The position numbers and the translations under genes are program-made. The notes under the pieces were generated by a model. It was not told where the DNA came from and made no database searches. It worked only from the letters and a program-made list of their open reading frames with translations. 44,045 nucleotides of DNA from an uncultured virus (IMG/VR IMGVR_UViG_3300012012_002042) (taxonomy: Duplodnaviria; Heunggongvirae; Uroviricota; Caudoviricetes): IMG/VR virus record IMGVR_UViG_3300012012_002042. One strand, given 5' to 3'. Positions 37,949 through 44,045 of the stretch are shown here, piece by piece. Within the stretch, counting starts at the first letter, position 1, and every line of letters starts with the position of its first letter.

Positions 37949-38746
37949 ACAAAAATCGCAAAGACGCAGCAAACTGCAACATTGGAATGGATCGGGCCCG
38001 CCGTGGCCATGAAGTATATGGAGAAGAATAAGAACCCGAGGGCGGTCCGTCAGAGTCACGTCGACAAATACGTGCGGATCATCCAGGCCGGCGAATTTCG
38101 CACTGCCCAGAGCATCGGATTCGACCTGAATGGGTATCTTCGGGACGGGCAACACCGCTTGCTGGCCATCATCGCGACTGACACACCTGTTCAGATGTGG
38201 GTGATTCGAAATATGAGTGAGGATGAGGTTCTGGCCATTGATCAAGGCGAAAAACGGAACAATTCCGTCATTCTGAGTGTGGATACTCGTGCAGGCGCAG
38301 TCATCACCTTGGCTTCTACCATAATGGCTGGCTCCAGCCGTGCGCCGCTCACAAGTGAGTTGATGTGCGTGCGTGACGCCATTTTGGATCCGTGTATGGA
38401 TTTGCTGCACGGTTGCACGGCGGCGCCGAAGCATATCTCGTCACGTTTCGTGCGCTTGGCGGCCGTCCTGAATATGGTGAAATCAACGAAGCATTACGCT
38501 TATGTGAAAACGCAATATCCTGCGCTGGTTCGCAGCGACTTCGATGTGCAATCGAAGCCTATTCAGTATTTGTACAAACGGCTCACGATGTCCGTCAGGA
38601 GTATTACGAAAAACTTCCAGTTCATGACGGCATATCTTGCATTCGATCCAACAAAGTCCGAGCATAAGACCATCGTCATCAAGGACCCGACCAAGCTGTC
38701 CTCGGATATTCAAACGGAGCTTCTGGATCTAGCCACACGCGCGTAA
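37949..38746 (+). CDS. ParB-like / DGQHR-motif domain protein (5' end lies in the gap)
   Basis: N.NPRAVRQSHVDKY...I..GEF...SIGFD.NG.LRDGQHRLLAII....ID.G..R. The frame is open back to the gap edge at 37949. Confidence 0.8.
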   Translation, partial: TKIAKTQQTATLEWIGPAVAMKYMEKNKNPRAVRQSHVDKYVRIIQAGEFRTAQSIGFDLNGYLRDGQHRLLAIIATDTPVQMWVIRNMSEDEVLAIDQGEKRNNSVILSVDTRAGAVITLASTIMAGSSRAPLTSELMCVRDAILDPCMDLLHGCTAAPKHISSRFVRLAAVLNMVKSTKHYAYVKTQYPALVRSDFDVQSKPIQYLYKRLTMSVRSITKNFQFMTAYLAFDPTKSEHKTIVIKDPTKLSSDIQTELLDLATRA

Positions 38747-38749
38747 AAA

Positions 38750-39070
38750 ATGACAAGAATTAAGAAATCCCTGGAGGATCTGTATCAGGGAATATTCGAT
38801 GCACGCGTCGAGAAATATCGCAAACGCTTCGGCTACGCGCCGGAGTGCGACTCGCACAAGGCTGAGGTCTGCGCCGGCATTCAGGAACTGATCGACAAAA
38901 AGCTCATCGTGGAAATCGTGGGACGCAGACTGGCCCGCCGAATTGCTTACAAGGCGTTTGGCGAACGCGGCATGAGCGGGGCACTCGCGATGCATTACCT
39001 GGCACAGGCTGAGCCGGAGCTGACCTGGGGGCAGCGGCAGATCCTCGGTAATAAATTCAGGCGTCGATGA
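38750..39070 (+). CDS. Hypothetical protein
   Basis: 106 aa ORF directly after the ParB-like gene. Confidence 0.55.
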   Translation: MTRIKKSLEDLYQGIFDARVEKYRKRFGYAPECDSHKAEVCAGIQELIDKKLIVEIVGRRLARRIAYKAFGERGMSGALAMHYLAQAEPELTWGQRQILGNKFRRR

Positions 39071-39193
39071 AGAAGTGCGGCTGGTGCGGCATCGAGACTC
39101 CGTTCTCGGAATTGCACGACATCACGACATGTGGGGATTGGTGGACGATTTGCACATGCTGTAAATCGAAGGTCAAAACGGATGCGGAGATCA

Positions 39194-39460
39194 ATGCCGA
39201 ACGCGCAAAGGAGACCTGTGGCCGAGACCTCTGATCCTGTAAAACTGCGTTATCGGAATTGGAAGGGTGAAACGCGTATTCGGGAGGTCCGGATATGCTA
39301 CACCGCATTCGCGGGTACGGAATATCACCCCGAACCCCAATGGATCGTGGTAGTTTACGACACGGAGAAAAAAGATCTGCGCTACTTCGCCCTGAAGGAC
39401 TGCGACTTCCTGACACCGACTATGGATACCGAAGAGAAAATTCAAACTGAACCAAAATGA
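39194..39460 (+). CDS. Small stand-alone WYL-like (SH3/Sm-fold) domain protein
   Basis: VKLRYRNWKGETRIREV.....F..TEYHPEPQW....YDTEK...RYFALKD matches small phage WYL-like proteins. Start is uncertain. Confidence 0.65.
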   Translation: MPNAQRRPVAETSDPVKLRYRNWKGETRIREVRICYTAFAGTEYHPEPQWIVVVYDTEKKDLRYFALKDCDFLTPTMDTEEKIQTEPK

Positions 39461-42400
39461 AATCTGCCACCACAAAAATTACGGAAATATTGAAGAAGGA
39501 ATTGCCCAGCCTGACACCGACGCGGGCAAAGGAAGTTGCGAAGCTCATCACCGGTCCGACGGGATTGAATCTCAAGGAAATTATCGAGGTTCTGCAGTGC
39601 CTGCACACTGATGCGCAGATGGCAGTGCGGGACGACTGGGATCGGACTGACGACGGCTTCGAATGCCAGATGCGGCTTATTGATGACGCGCTGCCGTATC
39701 TGGGCGCTGAGTCCAAGTTGTATCGAAGGGGGTAATGAAAGAATACGCCGCAGTATATCAGCAGAGGGAGGACGGGGACTGGGATGTGATGGTGGTATTT
39801 GCCACGGACCGAATGATATTCGTGGAACTGCTCAGCCAAGCTTCCGGAGCCCGCAATATGGCCGAAGAGCTGACATTATTCCTGAAGGACAATGGAGAGG
39901 AGGCCAAGATCATCGAGTTCGATTCCTTGAGCGAAATTCCCGATGTCTGGGTGGACGAAAAGCCAGAATGAAACGAAAATCCAAAATCGCATGAGACTGA
40001 TAATCCAGAAAAAGGACGAGACGACATTCGTGTCCGAGTTCGAGTCGGTCACCGTTATTTGGGATGTCGATGTCCCGGGCGAAGAGGACAAGCCGGCGCA
40101 ATTGCAATTGAAGGCCACTCCGGAAGGTGTGGTCCTGGATGTGTGGATGACCGAGCGATCGGATTTCGACACCAACGTCGGGACCAGTTCGGAGACGGCC
40201 CAGGAAATCACAGAACGACTTTGTAAATGACCCTACACCCACCGTTCATGATCACGGCCCGTCTCATGCCAGGCCTCAAAGTGGGGGATTCGTATCTCTC
40301 GCTTGAAAAGGTCGACAAGGGGGAGGTCGAGAATTGTTTTGGAGCCCGGTTTCGTCCGTTCTTCATTTTGGATTTCCCGAAAGGAAAGGAGTTCAAATTC
40401 CATGACATGCAGACTGGCTGCTGCCAAAAATACTCGATGGAATCCCTGTTCACGGATTTTCTGGGATACCTCGACGACGCGGCAGAGGATTACAGCAGCG
40501 CCTGTCACAGCTGGCCTGCTATCCCGAAGGACGCCACCGCGCGCGTGTTCCCTCACCGGGTGGTGAAGTGGGCGTTCCAATTCCGCTATGAGATTATGGA
40601 TTTGGTTGAAACGATTCGAAGAAAGGCCGGTAAATTGATCGAACCTTAATATGAAAATATTACAATTCCTGTGGGATTACAGATGGGTGGTCTTCTGGTT
40701 GGTGATTGGTGTGTGGCTCGTGCCATTTCTGCAGGAACGCAAACCATGTCCCAGGAGGACTGCCAGGGGACTGCTGGAAATACCAGCAGATCTCCGGAAA
40801 CGGCGCATGCGGGAATTGCGCCAGAAGGACTTCAAGTTCTGGGTGGCTGTCAGCGCTGAATTGGAAGACCTCAGAGAAAGCCGATGATGACCTACACGCC
40901 TGACAAGTGGCAGCAGTTCCAGATATTCGAGTCCATGCATGCCCCGCTGTTCGAACGCTACCATCTGGGATCTAAAGGCAAACTGGGCCGCTATCGCACG
41001 GTTGGAAATTCGCAGGGCAAATATGGACGCGAGGACTCTGACACCGGCGCCGAATATAAAGCCTTGGGGCACGAGGAAGTCCGGAAAGGTAAACGCGGAG
41101 TTTATTGCTCAACGGATTACCAGTGCGGGGCGTTTTACCCAGCCACCGCGTTCATCACGGGGCGCGACGATGATGGCGAATCGCTGACCTTTGAAGAATT
41201 GGAGAAATTCAGGGACGCCTTCTACGCAGCCCGCACCGGCCGTGTGATCCTGCCTCGCGGCTGGGATCACAAAAAGGGCGGTTGGACGTGGGAGAACGTG
41301 CTCATGTATTATCCTGACATGAAGCCCTACGAGCCGGCGCGCATCTTGAAGAGCCGGTTCCCCGATGCGGAAGTGGAGACAGCCAGACTGGGCAATCTCG
41401 TCACCATTTATTTCGATCCGAAGAAATGACTGAGATCACCGAGGAGCAGCGCTCGCAATTCCTGGACGCCATCGGAGAGGCTCTGGGTATCGAGTTTACC
41501 GTCACTGAGGCCGAGGACGGCAGGTTGAAATCGCTCTTTGCAAATGCGCAGCCGAAGAACAACCGTAAATTGTTGGAGATCTACGCAACGCCGGAAGGCC
41601 GTCGCTACGTGGATGCATTTGCGAAGACGTATTCGGCAGGAGCGCCAATGGTTTATCTGTTAATGGGATTGCCAACACCAAATTGAAAATCAAATGCCAG
41701 AATTCAAAGTGCCAGTCACTTGGGAAATGTGCGGATGGGTCAAGGTCGAAGCAGCGGACATGAAAGAAGCCCTGGAGAAATTCGATCCCCAGGTAATGTC
41801 ACTGCCGCCTGAATCGGAGCAGGATTACGTGGACAGTTCATATCGCCTCACGACAACGGACCCGGAAGAGGCACTGGTCATGCAACCGCCGCGGCCGTGA
41901 TCTTCCACCCAGCTCCCGATAATCCGGACGAGCAGTGGTTCCACCGGCTGAAGTCCGAGAATGGACTCATCTCCATGGCCATTTACCCCGTCATGTTCGG
42001 TTACCGTATCAGGGCCTGGCGCACCGGTTCGCCTTGTTGTGATTTGGATTGGTGTGGTGGTGATGACTGGAAGCAGGTGGAGTGGCTTTATGCGGCTTGC
42101 AGGGCGATCTTGGAGTCACAGGTGGAGGCGGAGGATTTCTTCCGTGGTATCCCTTCCAGTTCGCGCATCAAGCCTTGCTGGATGGATGCACGGTTCATGC
42201 AGGAGATTGGGAGAATAATCATTCGAGGGAAGCTCTCGTTTGAGCCAGTGGAATTGGAGAAACCAAAAACGCAATTAATGGGCGAACTGCTCACAACACA
42301 GCATGGCTAAAAAATTCGAATTCAAGGAGCGCTGGGTAAAAGAGATGAACAACGGGCCCTACAATATTCTGTTCTCTTTTCGGAACAAGGAAGTGTTCGT

Positions 42401-43940
42401 GGACATCAGCACGCGTTACATCAAGGACAGCGACTGCCACGCATTAGAGGAGTTCCAGGTGCCCGGTCAAATATCGGTTTACGACGAAGGCGCATTCCTT
42501 CTCCTCGATCCCGATATGAAGAATCATATTCTGAGAGACATCATGACGAACGCTACCATGTCAGAGGCGTTCATCGAGCTGTTGATTCAGGCGAAGAAGC
42601 AGGGAATTTATCTGATCAATTTCGACGCAGACGGAGGCGATGTTCATGGCGCGCCGGAGTTCTGATAAAACGCAGCCCATCCCAGGGCCGGAATTGGAAT
42701 ACGTGTTCCGAGTCGAGTGGGAATCCTGTCATGTGTTGCGTGAATGGGTTCGTCCCATGTGGGTCACTACTCCGAACAACGGGAATTATTATGCGACTGC
42801 TGCGATGATTGCGGCGGAACGCATCACTCCCACGGACACCGGAGTGAAGGTGTCGTTCCTGGGGTTGCGAAAGAAAAACGATAGCGACCGGACAGTTACG
42901 GAACTGAATCCGTTTACGGTGGTAATCAAAAAATCAAAATAATATGGCCGACTACTTTACAGAATTCAGCGTGGTGATGCAGTTGCCTGATCAAGCCGCC
43001 GTCGACTACATCGACAAGCTGCTGAAACGGGCCTTGGAGATTGCGCAGGACAAGCCACTCGGCGCGTGCATCCTGACGCCGGAGAACATGCACACGAAGG
43101 ACGACTGCAACATGCATGATCATGAGGCGGGTGAGTGCCCGGAAGGTTTCCCGGAGGAATTGTGGGAATGCATTGAAAATTGGCAGATCCTTTATAGGAT
43201 ACTGACGGGTCGAGATGGTTTCCAAATCTGGCTGCGCTCGGACGAGAGCGGAGATGTGGATACGGCATGCGCCATCATGCAGCACATCCTGAAGCGGTAT
43301 TACCCGAATGATTACGCTACGTTCTCTTGGTCAAACACGTGTTCGAAACCGAGGACAGACGGATTCGGTGGGGGTGCCTTGTTCATCACTGCTACGGAAG
43401 TCAAATTTATGAATACGGCAAAGTGGGCGCATGATCAGGAAGCCGAGTATCTGATCGCCAATCCAGACTCAGGCGCCCAAGACCGTGCCTAAAGGCAAAC
43501 CGCCGAATCTCTACGGCTACGGGAAAGCTATCCTGGCGAACGGGATCATTCTGAACAATTGGTGGAAGAAGGAATATGACTTCGCCGAACTGATCCAGCA
43601 CTTCGGTGCGGGAGCCCTGCAGCGTGGAGTAAAGGAAGCGCTCGATGCGGGAGAGACTGTGCCGGAAGATGTGTTGAAACTTGTCGGAGCAAAATAATAA
43701 ATGGCTGCCAAACCTAAGAAAAAGAAACCAACGCTGGAGAAATTGGAAGAGATCTGGGAGTGCCTCAAGGAAGCTTGGGCGAAGGCCGCGGACCATCAGC
43801 AGATCGGATTCAAACTGACCAACCGCCTGCTGGCGAGCTCCCATCTGGCGCACGAGCTGGTCATTGCCGAACGCGAGGGCGTCTGGAAAAAGGATCGCGG
43901 AGAAATCCAATTGCTGGCCGGCGCAAAGCCGGCGAAATAA
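39457..43940 (+). other. Run of small hypothetical phage ORFs: 39457-39735, 39735-39971, 39991-40230, 40227-40649, 40651-40887 (N-terminal TM), 40884-41429, 41426-41686, 41694-41900, 41897-42310, 42303-42665, ~42640-42942, 42944-43492, 43485-43697, 43701-43940
   Basis: Contiguous or overlapping + strand ORFs with no confidently recognisable family. Confidence 0.55.
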
Positions 43941-44045
43941 TATGGGGTTCTCATCATGGACATGTGCGAAGACGAATCTCCCGATTCTCAACAGCACTTC
44001 AGGCAGAAAAAAGGAACAATATGAGGTCGTGGCTCTGTTCCAGAA

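Overview
A 44 kb segment of what is most likely a large (jumbo) bacteriophage genome. Almost all genes are on the + strand, densely packed and often overlapping. There are three N gaps (20265-20301, 27891-28547, 37243-37948). Recognisable genes: NUDIX-like phosphoesterase, NAD-dependent DNA ligase, gp88-like protein, a GNAT-fused probable virion protein, a split multisubunit RNA polymerase piece (beta C-terminal half fused to the beta-prime N-terminus) followed by an HNH endonuclease, a sliding clamp, two PAPS-reductase/PP-loop family proteins, a GHKL ATPase, RuvA, a T5orf172/GIY-YIG-like protein, a ParB/DGQHR protein and a WYL-like protein, plus dozens of small hypothetical ORFs. The standout is at 36308-37242: a small stand-alone RAMP/Cas7-like gene followed immediately by a non-coding array of ~110-115 nt units. 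Each unit is 13-14 GGC-NN pentamers (fixed GGC, variable dinucleotide) plus a conserved 44-45 nt linker whose hairpin shows compensatory base changes. This looks like a non-CRISPR, phage-encoded RNA-guided system with a gapped dinucleotide guide code, resembling what I recall being reported as VIPR. The array runs into an assembly gap. A second finding is a bipartite promoter-like motif repeated with identical spacing in front of two GC-rich gene cassettes.
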